Below, piece after piece: positions 44,440 through 52,990 of a DNA stretch of 64,000 nucleotides. Location: the NCBI GenBank assembly GCA_039794045.1, contig JBAMLY010000009.1, positions 38,609 to 102,608 on the forward strand, read 5' to 3'. Source of the stretch: Candidatus Micrarchaeia archaeon. Lineage in GTDB: Archaea; Micrarchaeota; Micrarchaeia; Norongarragalinales; UBA8480. Position 1 is the stretch's first letter, and each line of letters starts with the position of its first letter. The position numbers were made by a program, and so were the translations under genes. The notes under the pieces are model-generated. The model had not been told where the DNA came from, searched no databases, and saw nothing but the letters and a program-made list of their open reading frames with translations.

Positions 44440-45492
44440 ATGCAGTACGCCTTGCCGGCATTAGTGGCAGCAGCTTTTGCTTGCACTGCAACAGTGTGGG
44501 ACTTGAGGAAGCGCTTGATTCCCAACGCGTTAAACTATTCATTTCTCGCCGCGGGGGCGGCGCTGGCGCTAGCGCAAGGAATTTTTTCTGTGGGTTACGT
44601 CGGACTAGTTGCGTTGTCTTTTGCTTTCGCTTATGCTTTGTACAAGGCAGGCGTTTGGGCTGGGGGAGACGCAAAGTTTTTCACGGCGCTCTCGTCTTTC
44701 CTGCCTTTCTTTTGGCAAGTACCGTTGACTGGCTGGAACGTTTTCTCTTTCCTAGCAATATTTTTTTACTCGGTGGCAGCAGGAGTGCCTGTCACTCTCC
44801 TCGCTTGCGCGCCAAAGCTGTGGTTGTTGCGTGGCGAGCTCGCTTCGCTCTTGCGCGCAGCAGCGCCGCGCGCTTTCTCGGCAGCGCTTGCTTCAGCGGC
44901 GGTTGCCTTTGCGTTGCAAAAGTTTTTCGCGCTCGTTCCACAAGCTGGTTGGGTTGCCTCGGCAGCCGCAGTCGTGTTTTTGTTGGCGGCGCGCGTGCCG
45001 CTAGCGGTTTCTGCGGCCGTCTTCGTTGCCGCTCTCGCGCTAGACCCGTTGAACTCGCTTGAGTTGTTTGCTGGCGCGCTCGCGGTCTCGTGGCTTGCGT
45101 TGTTCGCGTGGCAGGCGCTCGCGCTTGCCAGGAACAAGGTTTTGCGCCGCCACGTGAGAGTAGACGAGTTAGAAGAGGGAATGATTCCGGCTTACTCTGT
45201 GGTCGTTGACGAGAGCGGAAGAGCGCGGGAGTTGAGAACGCCTGGCTTAAAGGAGTTGCTTGCCGCCGCGGGAAAGGCTGATGCTGCCGCGCTGGCGCGG
45301 TTGCTCAAGCCACGGGAAAGAATAGTCGCGGACTCCAGGCTAGCTCGTGGTTTGAGTGAGACAGAGATAAAGGAATTAAAGGCGCTTGGAGTAAAGAGTT
45401 TGGTTGTCCGCGAGTCCATCGCGTTCGCGCCAGTAATGGTTGCTGGGTTCGCGTTGGCGGCTTTGCTGGGAGTGAAGTGGCTTGGCTTTTAA
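44440..45492 (+). CDS. Prepilin/preflagellin peptidase (A24 family, FlaK/PibD/EppA-like)
   Basis: First catalytic Asp in DLRKRLIPN, second in GGDAKFF, and a polytopic membrane topology. At 350 aa it has a long hydrophobic C-terminal extension. Confidence 0.8.
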   Translation: MQYALPALVAAAFACTATVWDLRKRLIPNALNYSFLAAGAALALAQGIFSVGYVGLVALSFAFAYALYKAGVWAGGDAKFFTALSSFLPFFWQVPLTGWNVFSFLAIFFYSVAAGVPVTLLACAPKLWLLRGELASLLRAAAPRAFSAALASAAVAFALQKFFALVPQAGWVASAAAVVFLLAARVPLAVSAAVFVAALALDPLNSLELFAGALAVSWLALFAWQALALARNKVLRRHVRVDELEEGMIPAYSVVVDESGRARELRTPGLKELLAAAGKADAAALARLLKPRERIVADSRLARGLSETEIKELKALGVKSLVVRESIAFAPVMVAGFALAALLGVKWLGF

Positions 45493-45916
45493 GAGAGGAC
45501 AGTTGGGAATAGAGTTTTTCTTGGTGGTGGCGTTCGTGCTTGTTCTCGGCAGCGTCTTGAGTGCTTCCGTGGACGAGCAAGTCATTGCCGCGAGGGCCTT
45601 AGACAGGGCTGCGCTAGCGAAAAGCGCGGTGGATGCAGTGTCTCACGCAATAAACCTCGTCACGCTGGAAGGCAACGGGGCTCTTGCCAGCAGAGAAGTT
45701 TTCTTTCCAGCTGAAACGCAGTGCATCCAGTACAGCAGCGCACGCAAGGCGCTTTACTGCGATGTCGCGGGAGCAGGCAAGGTTTACGGCGTAGCGCTTT
45801 ACCGCGAGCCGACAGTGTTACTGAATTGTTTTTCTTCAGGCACTCAAGGCTGGTTCCTTGTGACCGTGAATGGAACCAGCAATGGAGCGCAAGTTAATTG
45901 TACTAAACTGGGTTGA
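45482..45916 (+). CDS. Pilin-like protein (class III signal peptide MAFKRG|QLGIEFF), TTG start
   Basis: Q+1 and E+5, a hydrophobic helix and 3 Cys. It overlaps the peptidase stop by 11 nt. Confidence 0.6.
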   Translation: MAFKRGQLGIEFFLVVAFVLVLGSVLSASVDEQVIAARALDRAALAKSAVDAVSHAINLVTLEGNGALASREVFFPAETQCIQYSSARKALYCDVAGAGKVYGVALYREPTVLLNCFSSGTQGWFLVTVNGTSNGAQVNCTKLG

Positions 45917-45922
45917 AGTTGT

Positions 45923-46312
45923 TTGCGGGGGCAAGCTTTTTCAGAGTATTTGCTCGTCGTCGCCTTCATCGTGGCGCTGGCGGCGTTCTTCGTGCTTCCA
46001 GGCGCCCACCAAACAGAGGTGACGATGGGCTTGGCTGGCGCGCGCCTGGGTTGCGCGGAATACTCTGCAATTGAAAACTCTTCAGTTTACTGCACAGAGT
46101 TTTCTTACGCGGCAAGCGGACCGAACTTGACTATTTATCCCAAGGTGTTCGACTTGCAAGGCAAAAGAGTCACGGACTTGCCTGGAAGTTTTTACGCGCG
46201 AGTAATTTCAGGCATCGCAGGAAACATTTTAAACAACCGGAGTTTTTCTTGCGTTAACTGTATTTCGTGTTGGGTGGGGCACTACAATTACTGTGTTAAC
46301 GCGACGAGTTGA
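45923..46312 (+). CDS. Pilin-like protein (class III signal peptide MRG|QAFSEYLL), TTG start
   Basis: Q+1 and E+5, 6 Cys, sequons NSS, NLT, NRS, NAT. Confidence 0.6.
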   Translation: MRGQAFSEYLLVVAFIVALAAFFVLPGAHQTEVTMGLAGARLGCAEYSAIENSSVYCTEFSYAASGPNLTIYPKVFDLQGKRVTDLPGSFYARVISGIAGNILNNRSFSCVNCISCWVGHYNYCVNATS

Positions 46313-46836
46313 TGCGAGTGGACAACGCTTCAAAGTTTTACTTGCTGCTTGTTTGCGGGCTCGCGTTCGCCAGCGTTTCGGCTTTCGCGGAACCTTTGTT
46401 AGCGTTCGCTGGCTTTGCAGCGTTCTTGGTTGCAGCCATTGCTTTATCTAAGCGGTTCAAGGAAGCCGAGTTAAATGACGCGTGGAAGCTGCTCGCGCTC
46501 ACTGCCGTGATGGCTGCGCTCATGTTCAACGCGCGGTTGTTGTCTCGCGCTGGCGCTTTCGCCGTCGCAGTTGCGCTTGCTGTAGTCGTAGCGGCGTTCA
46601 CTGCGTTCAAGTTGCTTGCAAGCCGCAACGCGGTTGGCAGGGTGGTGGGGAGAAGGCGCGGCTTCATTTTAGTTGAAACAACTCGTTCGCTCTTGTCTCC
46701 TCTTCCTCCAGGAGTTTACGCCGTGAAAAGCACTGCAAGGCACCGAGAAGGAGAAAAAGTTGAGTTGCGCGTGAGCAAGGGCTTGTTTGGCCCGCCAAAG
46801 CCCGTGGAAGTGCTTTCTTGCAAGAAAAAGGAATAA
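46312..46836 (+). CDS. Membrane protein with C-terminal beta-rich (possibly NfeD-like OB) domain
   Basis: Three TM helices then GFILVETTRSLLSPLPPGVYAVKS...GEKVELRVSKG. Its ATG overlaps the upstream stop (TGATG). Confidence 0.4.
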   Translation: MRVDNASKFYLLLVCGLAFASVSAFAEPLLAFAGFAAFLVAAIALSKRFKEAELNDAWKLLALTAVMAALMFNARLLSRAGAFAVAVALAVVVAAFTAFKLLASRNAVGRVVGRRRGFILVETTRSLLSPLPPGVYAVKSTARHREGEKVELRVSKGLFGPPKPVEVLSCKKKE

Positions 46837-47201
46837 TTTTTTTCTGCGTCATCGTCTCGCTTGCAGGGGTGGCGGCGCTGTTTTTCTTGTCTTGGTCTCT
46901 CGAGCCACGCAAGGCAGCAATAAACGAGTTGGGTTTGGAGGACGTCGGCAAGAAAGTGCTTGTTTCTGGGTTTGTGGCGTCCGCGCGCAAGTCTGGCGGA
47001 AACTATTTCTTGAAGGTCTGCGATTCAAGCGCCTGCATTCAAGTCCCCGTTTTTTCCTCTGTTGCGGCGAGAATGAAGGAAAGGGGTTTTGACGCGGGCA
47101 GCGTGGGAAAGGGAGACTTCATTGAAGTAGTAGGCGCGGTAAGCGAGTACGGCGGCGAGCTCGAAGTCGTGGCAGCCGAGTTAGACGTGCTTAGAAAATG
47201 A
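46818..47201 (+). CDS. Membrane-anchored OB-fold protein
   Basis: N-terminal TM helix then KKVLVSGFVASARKSGGNYFLKVCDSSACIQV...GDFIEVVGAVSEYGGELEVV, a typical OB-fold (tRNA_anti-like) pattern. Confidence 0.45.
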   Translation: MQEKGIIFFCVIVSLAGVAALFFLSWSLEPRKAAINELGLEDVGKKVLVSGFVASARKSGGNYFLKVCDSSACIQVPVFSSVAARMKERGFDAGSVGKGDFIEVVGAVSEYGGELEVVAAELDVLRK

Positions 47202-48343
47202 GTGAGTTAGTCGCTTTTCTTGCTGGAACCGCGGTCGGCGCGCTCGGATTGATTCCGTTTCTTCACACTAACACTTTAGTGGAGTTGCTTCCGCGTTTTC
47301 TTGAAAGCGGGCCTGCAGCCGTTTTCGTGGTCTCCCTCGCCTTCAGCCACGCCGTGTTCGAAGTGCTTCCCGCGACTTTCTTTGCGGTGCCGTCCGCCTC
47401 GCAGAACATAAGCGTCGTGCCTGCGCACAGGCTAGCTCGCGAGGGGAAAGGCTTTCAAGCAATGAAGTTGATGGCTTACTCTCTCGCCGCCGGCGTTTTC
47501 TTTGGCGTGCTCGCGTCTCCTGCAGCCACGTTCTTGCTTCCATTGGCTTACTCGCTCGTCAAGCCAGTTACGGCCTTGCTTTTGTGCGGCGTGGTCGCAG
47601 TAATGCTCGCAGGAGAAAAAAACTTTTTCGCGGGATTGATTGTAGCGTGCTTGTCTGGATTGCTGGGCTTAGCTTCTTTTGGCTTGCCTCTCCCAGAACC
47701 AGTTTTTCCTTTGCTGGCGGGCTTGTTCGCAGTTCCTGCAGCGCTTGCTGGCGCTCGCGCGAGCGAGTTGGTGGAGCAGAGTGCGGGCGAACCACGCGTG
47801 CCGTGGGCGATGGTGCTGCTCGGCGCTTTTCTTGGCGCGTGCTCTGGGTTGCTGCCTGCCTTGAGTCCCGCCCTCTTGGCGGGAATCGCTTTCGTCTTCG
47901 TCAAGTCTGGTTCGGAGAAATTCATTGCTTTGACTTCCTCGATTGCCGGCGCAAAACTGGTTTCCGACTTGATAGTGCTTGGAGAGCTCGGCAAGGCCAG
48001 GTCTGGCGCGGCCGCAGCAGTGCAAAGCTTTCTTGGAGTGCCTTCTGCAACTGAAACCACTTTATTGGTGGTAGCGGGCGCGGCTGCGCTCGCGGCAGCG
48101 CTGGCTGCGCTGTTGCTGGTTTACAGGCGGGCCGCGCTAGCGCTTTGCGGCAAAAACTATGCTTTTTCAAGCAAGGTTTTCTTGTCGTTCTTGGCAGTCA
48201 TGTTGTTCTTTTTCGGTGGTTGGCTGGCTTTATTTGTTTGCGCTGTCGCCGCGTGCGTGGGAGTGCTTGCGCTCTTGCTGAATTGCAAGCGCAGCCTATG
48301 CTGTGCGGCGCTCTTGGTTCCAGCAATAGCTGCCTTGATTTAA
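47198..48343 (+). CDS. Polytopic Ala/Gly-rich membrane protein (possibly DUF112/TctA-like)
   Basis: 381 aa with roughly 10 TM helices. ATGA overlap with the upstream gene. The family call is from memory. Confidence 0.45.
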   Translation: MSELVAFLAGTAVGALGLIPFLHTNTLVELLPRFLESGPAAVFVVSLAFSHAVFEVLPATFFAVPSASQNISVVPAHRLAREGKGFQAMKLMAYSLAAGVFFGVLASPAATFLLPLAYSLVKPVTALLLCGVVAVMLAGEKNFFAGLIVACLSGLLGLASFGLPLPEPVFPLLAGLFAVPAALAGARASELVEQSAGEPRVPWAMVLLGAFLGACSGLLPALSPALLAGIAFVFVKSGSEKFIALTSSIAGAKLVSDLIVLGELGKARSGAAAAVQSFLGVPSATETTLLVVAGAAALAAALAALLLVYRRAALALCGKNYAFSSKVFLSFLAVMLFFFGGWLALFVCAVAACVGVLALLLNCKRSLCCAALLVPAIAALI

Positions 48344-48373
48344 CTCTTTTAAACCGAGGCGAGTAATGTTTTC

Positions 48374-48790
48374 ATGGTGCGCGCCCAACTGTCAATTGAA
48401 TTGTTTTTTGCTTTAGCATTGTTTTTCCTGGTGCTTTCGTGGGTGTCAAACTATGCTTCCACTGTCTATGACTCGCCAGCCCTCGTTTACACGCAGGAAA
48501 AAGCGGTAGCCAACTCACTGGTTGCCGCCGCGAACGCAGCCTGCGCTTCAAACACTTCGTCTTCTTTTTATTTGCCCTGCATTTCCAAGCGCGGCACAAA
48601 CTACGACTACGAGGCATTCAACGCGACCTCTAACTCGCCCGAGTTGCGAGTGCGCGTTCCAGCCCTGAACTCGTTCGCGCAAGCCAGGGCCTTGTGCCCA
48701 ATTTCAGGTTACGCCTCGGCTGAATGCGGGACTCTCGTGTGCATGAAAAGTAATTCTTCGTCAGTGTTGCTGAAAAACGGTGCTTGTTGA
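48374..48790 (+). CDS. Pilin-like secreted protein (class III signal peptide MVRA|QLSIELFF)
   Basis: Q+1 and E+5, 7 Cys, sequons NTS, NAT, NSS. Confidence 0.55.
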   Translation: MVRAQLSIELFFALALFFLVLSWVSNYASTVYDSPALVYTQEKAVANSLVAAANAACASNTSSSFYLPCISKRGTNYDYEAFNATSNSPELRVRVPALNSFAQARALCPISGYASAECGTLVCMKSNSSSVLLKNGAC

Positions 48791-49162
48791 GTGAAGGGAC
48801 AATTTTTCACAATGGATTTCCTCGCCGCAATAATAGTGGTCACTGCAGTGGTAGGTGGAATGCTTCACTTCCACGAACTCAACCAAAAAGCCTTCCTGCG
48901 CGCGACTGAATACAACTCTAACTCTGCTGAAGCGCTGGCGGAATACTTCGTGAACAACAACGCCACGCCTCCCTTCCAGCCGGCTTGCTGGTGCGCAGTG
49001 ATGCGGAACGCGACAAGCGTTTTCTACGACGACTGCAGAGAAAAAGAGTGCATGCGTTCTTGCAGTACGGTGTTCGCAGCAACGCGTCTTTCCCGCTACT
49101 GCTTGAACGCTACTTGCCCATGCGAAGGAGTTTCGTGTGCTTTAGAGGTGAGAACGTGCTGA
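48791..49162 (+). CDS. Cys-rich pilin-like secreted protein (MKG|QFFTMDF), GTG start
   Basis: K-G-Q motif plus a hydrophobic helix, 11 Cys, and three NAT sequons. The start codon abuts the upstream stop. Confidence 0.5.
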   Translation: MKGQFFTMDFLAAIIVVTAVVGGMLHFHELNQKAFLRATEYNSNSAEALAEYFVNNNATPPFQPACWCAVMRNATSVFYDDCREKECMRSCSTVFAATRLSRYCLNATCPCEGVSCALEVRTC

Positions 49163-49542
49163 AGGCCGCCATACTGTCTTTCGACGCGCTGCTGGCGCTT
49201 GCCGTCGCCGCTATAGCGTTCGGCTCAGTTGTTTCGTTCAGCAGCCTTGGCGCCGACAACTCCAAGAACGCACAGTTGAACGCGTTGGCGTGGGACTTCC
49301 TACACGACAAATACGGATTGAATTTGACTGTTTCAGCTGACGACTTCCACAACTTGACTGGACGCCACGTATTCGAAAGCCCTCCTTCAACAGCGCCCGC
49401 CGGGCACGCTCTTTACTACAAGTACAACAACTTGTGCGGTTGCGGGCAGTCATGCTACCTTGAAAACGAAATTAACACGTCGTGCTTGGAAGCGCAGGAC
49501 AATAACTCGAAGTACGAGTTCGAGGCTTGGGTGACTCCTTGA
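49156..49542 (+). CDS. Secreted or membrane-anchored protein with N-terminal hydrophobic helix (GTG start overlapping the upstream stop)
   Basis: GTGCTGA start-stop overlap. MLKAAILSFDALLALAVAAIAF, then CGCGQSC and sequons NLT, NLT, NTS. Confidence 0.4.
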   Translation: MLKAAILSFDALLALAVAAIAFGSVVSFSSLGADNSKNAQLNALAWDFLHDKYGLNLTVSADDFHNLTGRHVFESPPSTAPAGHALYYKYNNLCGCGQSCYLENEINTSCLEAQDNNSKYEFEAWVTP

Positions 49543-50192
49543 AAGCGTTTTTTTCGGCTTTGAGCGCGGCCCTCGTCATCGCAGCGATAACTGCTTCCGC
49601 GATCGCCGTACTCCACCTCTCCTCTCAAGAGGAAGTACAGCTCGCGCAAGTTTCAGCGAAAATAGCTTCCGATCGCCACGCATCAGTAAAACAGTTTTTC
49701 GCTGACGCTGTGAACGACGCCTTAGCTGACGCGGCTTACTCTGTTTACGGGTGCGCGCCATCCAAGCCAAATTTTTGCGAGCAAGTGAATCGCTCCACGT
49801 CTACAGACAAGGTCGTGGCTTACCTGAATTGGTCGCTTTCAGCCACTAACAACTCGCTAGTGGCAGTGTCTTACTCTCTCGCCAACCCTTACGCAACCCT
49901 CCCTTACGAGTGCTACGAGTTCGCCGCAGAACCCGGCTACAACCACTCATTCAATTACTCGACGCTATTGAACTTGCGAGTGGACTCGCCGAACGCCTTC
50001 AAACAAGACCAAACGCTTTTGTCCCGCAACGTTTCAGTGCGCGACTACGCACCAAAAATAATTAATGCAAGTCAAACTTGCTCGGAAGCCCAGTTGCTGC
50101 GCATCACGATTACCGGCAACTACGGTGCCGCCAAAGACTTCCTAGTAGACTGCAACCAAACCATCGACTTAGGCAACAACCCCTGCCCCTAA
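49539..50192 (+). CDS. Secreted or membrane-anchored protein with N-terminal hydrophobic helix (TTG start overlapping the upstream stop)
   Basis: cTTGAa overlap. MKAFFSALSAALVIAAITASAIAVL, and many sequons (NRS, NWS, NNS, NHS, NYS, NVS, NAS, NQT). An alternative TTG start lies at 49527. Confidence 0.4.
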   Translation: MKAFFSALSAALVIAAITASAIAVLHLSSQEEVQLAQVSAKIASDRHASVKQFFADAVNDALADAAYSVYGCAPSKPNFCEQVNRSTSTDKVVAYLNWSLSATNNSLVAVSYSLANPYATLPYECYEFAAEPGYNHSFNYSTLLNLRVDSPNAFKQDQTLLSRNVSVRDYAPKIINASQTCSEAQLLRITITGNYGAAKDFLVDCNQTIDLGNNPCP

Positions 50193-50238
50193 GTTTTTCG
50201 CAAGGATTTAAAGAGGAAACAACTCTTACTAGTAAGGG

Positions 50239-50856
50239 ATGCAAATGACTAAAAAACTCGTATTATGGGCTTTGTTCTTCCTCGTGCTCGCAATAGTCGT
50301 GCCTCCCTTCCTAAGCTTAGTGGACTATTCATTGAACGCCAAAAACTCGCAGCAAATAGACGCGGCACTCGCCGCGAAGCTAATCAAGGACGACGCGCGC
50401 GCGGCGTTCGGCGAGAGCGCGGCAGTCACGCTTAAGTCGCTCAACCAGAAAAACGGCAAATGGGAAGCAGAAGTGGAAATAGAGCAAGAACCGCACTCTG
50501 CCTGCCCAAAGCTCTACCGCCGGTATTACTCCCTTATGCCTATTTACTCGGTGACCGAAAACGTTTTGACTTCCTGTCAAGCCCTGCCCCCCGTAAGCAA
50601 CCGCGTCGAAGCAATAATTTTTTCTTCAAAGCTAGCCTCAATAGCGCAGCACGCTAATGCTAACGCCTACGCTTGCGCGTTCAAGGCCGGCGAAGAAATA
50701 GACTCTTCTTACTGCCCGAAAGCCAGTCCCGCCGAAATAAAGGCGTTCGCTGACTCTACGCCACGAGCTCGCTGGATAACCGCCTGGTTTTACGGCGACG
50801 GTTCAACTGCACTAATAGCCTTGGACGAGAAAGGAAGCGTGGTAGCGCAGCGCTAG
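50239..50856 (+). CDS. Secreted protein with signal anchor
   Basis: MQMTKKLVLWALFFLVLAIVVPPFLSL. Length 205 aa. Last gene of the pilus locus. Confidence 0.45.
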   Translation: MQMTKKLVLWALFFLVLAIVVPPFLSLVDYSLNAKNSQQIDAALAAKLIKDDARAAFGESAAVTLKSLNQKNGKWEAEVEIEQEPHSACPKLYRRYYSLMPIYSVTENVLTSCQALPPVSNRVEAIIFSSKLASIAQHANANAYACAFKAGEEIDSSYCPKASPAEIKAFADSTPRARWITAWFYGDGSTALIALDEKGSVVAQR

Positions 50857-52634
50857 CCGCGCGCTTCATAGTAATAGTATTCTCCTGCCTCGCGTTGCTC
50901 CCTATCCAGAGCAGACCCTGGCTTGTTGGCTCTCGGCCTACCAGTCAAAGCATCGCGCCTGAAAGTCACGTTCATTTGCTTGAGCAACGCAGTCATTCCC
51001 TCCTTCAAGCCAACCGGCGCCAGCGCCTTGCCGCGAACCCCGGGACTGCCTTCAAACACTATAACCCGGTTAGCAGTCTTGTCAACGAACAAAACGTCGT
51101 GCTCGACTACAAAGCATGGAACGCCAGTAGCCTCGGCAACTTTCTTGATGAGCGAAGCAGCGCGAAGCCTTTGCTCCACGTCCAAAAACGCTGACGGCTC
51201 GTCAATCAAGCGCACTCCAGCGTCCTTGCACAAGCACAAAGCAATTGAAACGCGTTGCAGTTCTCCGCCGCTCAAGCTCTTCACTGGTTTGTCAAAGAGC
51301 TCAGAAATCTCGAGTCCCTCGCGCACTTCCGCGTCGAAGAGTTCCTTGTTCAAGTCTTTTTGCGCAGCGAAAAGCTCTCGCACAGAGCCGCCGAACTCAG
51401 AGTAAGGATGCTGGGGCTTGAAGGCAATGCTTACCTTCTCCGAAAAACCGCTTCCCTCGTCGGCTTCCTCAACGCCGGCGAGAAGCTTCACGAAAGTGCT
51501 TTTGCCGATAGCGTTAGGGCCCACCACCGCAATTACTTCGCCTTTGCCTACGCCGCCTCCTTCGACTTCAAGGGAAAAAGATTGATTTCCGTGAAAGCTC
51601 TTGCGCAAGCTCGAGTAAGAGTAAATTACGCTGGGCTTCTGAGACTGAGGCTTTACTGCCTCGAACTTTATCGAGTTGACTCGAAAGCGCACGTTCTCGT
51701 CGCGCAGGAAGCCATCCAAGTACTCGTTCACGCCGTTCTTCGCGCTCTTCAGCGAGGAAACCACTCCGTAAACTCCTTTAGAGCCGTATAAGACGTGAAC
51801 GTAGTCACTTAAGTAGTCCAGCACAGCCAAATCGTGTTCCACTACGACCACTGCAGCCTTCGCTGAAAGCTCGCGAATGCGGGCGGCAACTTTCAACCTC
51901 TGCCGTATGTCCAAGTAGCTTGAAGGCTCGTCAAACACGTACGCGTTCGCATTGCGAAGCATCGTGCAAGCTATCGCCAGCCTCTGCAGTTCTCCGCCAC
52001 TCAAACTCGACAAGCTCCTGTCCAGGAAAGAGGAAAGCTCGAAGGACTCGATTGCTTGAGGCGCCTCGTTTTTCTCATCGCAGGCTTCCAGCAACTGCCG
52101 AGCAGTTCCCCTCCCTTTTGCCAGCTCGTCAACATACTGCATTTTGTAGGCCACGCGCACTTGCTTTGAAGCCAGTTTTTCCAGGAACGCCTGAATTTCT
52201 TGCCCGCGGAATTCCTTGCGGATTTCCTCCCACGACGGCTCGCGGTTGAAGTGACCAAAATTTGGCTTCAGCGCGCCTGCAAGCATTTTCAACGCAGTAG
52301 TCTTGCCTATGCCGTTTACGCCCACTATGCCCACCACCGCTCCTTGCTTGGGCAAAATCATTCCGTAAACGCGGAAAGTGTTTGCGCCGTACTGGAAGGT
52401 AGGGCGCCCGCTTTCCCCCGGCAAGTTAATTACTCGAATAGCATCCCGCGGGCACCGCTTTACGCACAAACCGCAGCCCGTGCAAAGCTCTTCGTTTATT
52501 ACTGGAAAAGAAGAGCTTGGCTCTACAACTATAACTTCCTCGCGCATTTTAACGCCGGGACAAATTTTAATGCATTGAAAGCCACAGGCGACGCTGGTAC
52601 ACTTGTCTCGGTCAATGACTGCAATCCTAGGCAT
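50853..52634 (-). CDS. abce1: ABCE1 (RNase L inhibitor-like) ribosome-recycling ATPase
   Basis: N-terminal FeS domain (CxxCxxxC pairs: CTSVACGFQCIKICP, CTGCGLCVKRCP) followed by two ABC cassettes. Length 593 aa. Confidence 0.95.
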   Translation of the reverse strand: MPRIAVIDRDKCTSVACGFQCIKICPGVKMREEVIVVEPSSSFPVINEELCTGCGLCVKRCPRDAIRVINLPGESGRPTFQYGANTFRVYGMILPKQGAVVGIVGVNGIGKTTALKMLAGALKPNFGHFNREPSWEEIRKEFRGQEIQAFLEKLASKQVRVAYKMQYVDELAKGRGTARQLLEACDEKNEAPQAIESFELSSFLDRSLSSLSGGELQRLAIACTMLRNANAYVFDEPSSYLDIRQRLKVAARIRELSAKAAVVVVEHDLAVLDYLSDYVHVLYGSKGVYGVVSSLKSAKNGVNEYLDGFLRDENVRFRVNSIKFEAVKPQSQKPSVIYSYSSLRKSFHGNQSFSLEVEGGGVGKGEVIAVVGPNAIGKSTFVKLLAGVEEADEGSGFSEKVSIAFKPQHPYSEFGGSVRELFAAQKDLNKELFDAEVREGLEISELFDKPVKSLSGGELQRVSIALCLCKDAGVRLIDEPSAFLDVEQRLRAASLIKKVAEATGVPCFVVEHDVLFVDKTANRVIVFEGSPGVRGKALAPVGLKEGMTALLKQMNVTFRRDALTGRPRANKPGSALDREQREAGEYYYYEARG

Positions 52635-52705
52635 TCAAAACTTCCTCGAGCGGCAACCGCCTAAAACAAGGGAGAAAGAAAAATAAAAAAGGTTGAGAAA
52701 AGCGT

Positions 52706-52906
52706 TTAAAGAACAAGGATGAACAAACCAATCAAGAACAAGAACAACCCTGCCCAGAAAACGCCTGCCACGAGCACGGAAACGATCAAGGAAACAATGC
52801 TGGCAACCACGCCCGCACTCGACTGAAAGAAGGCAAAATACCACACCGCCACCATTAACACTAGGCCGCCAAGAAAAGAAACTATTCCTGCTTTGCTTAC
52901 GGTCAT
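52706..52906 (-). CDS. Putative small membrane protein (66 aa)
   Basis: Two hydrophobic helices, located in the abce1-pelota intergenic region. Low confidence that it is real. Confidence 0.25.
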   Translation of the reverse strand: MTVSKAGIVSFLGGLVLMVAVWYFAFFQSSAGVVASIVSLIVSVLVAGVFWAGLFLFLIGLFILVL

Positions 52907-52990
52907 GCATTCTCACCTGCAATAAAACATTTAATTGATTAAGACAAAGAGTTTAAGCGAAAAACTATTAATAAAGCTTTAGTGAACTGC

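Noticed and set aside
38089-50856. Interpretation of the locus as an archaellum (flagellum) operon
   Set aside because: No FlaC/D/E, FlaF, FlaG or FlaH homologs are present. The pilin N-termini (QGAFEY...) differ from archaellin N-termini, and the pilins are small and Cys-rich. The locus is better explained as an adhesive type IV pilus.
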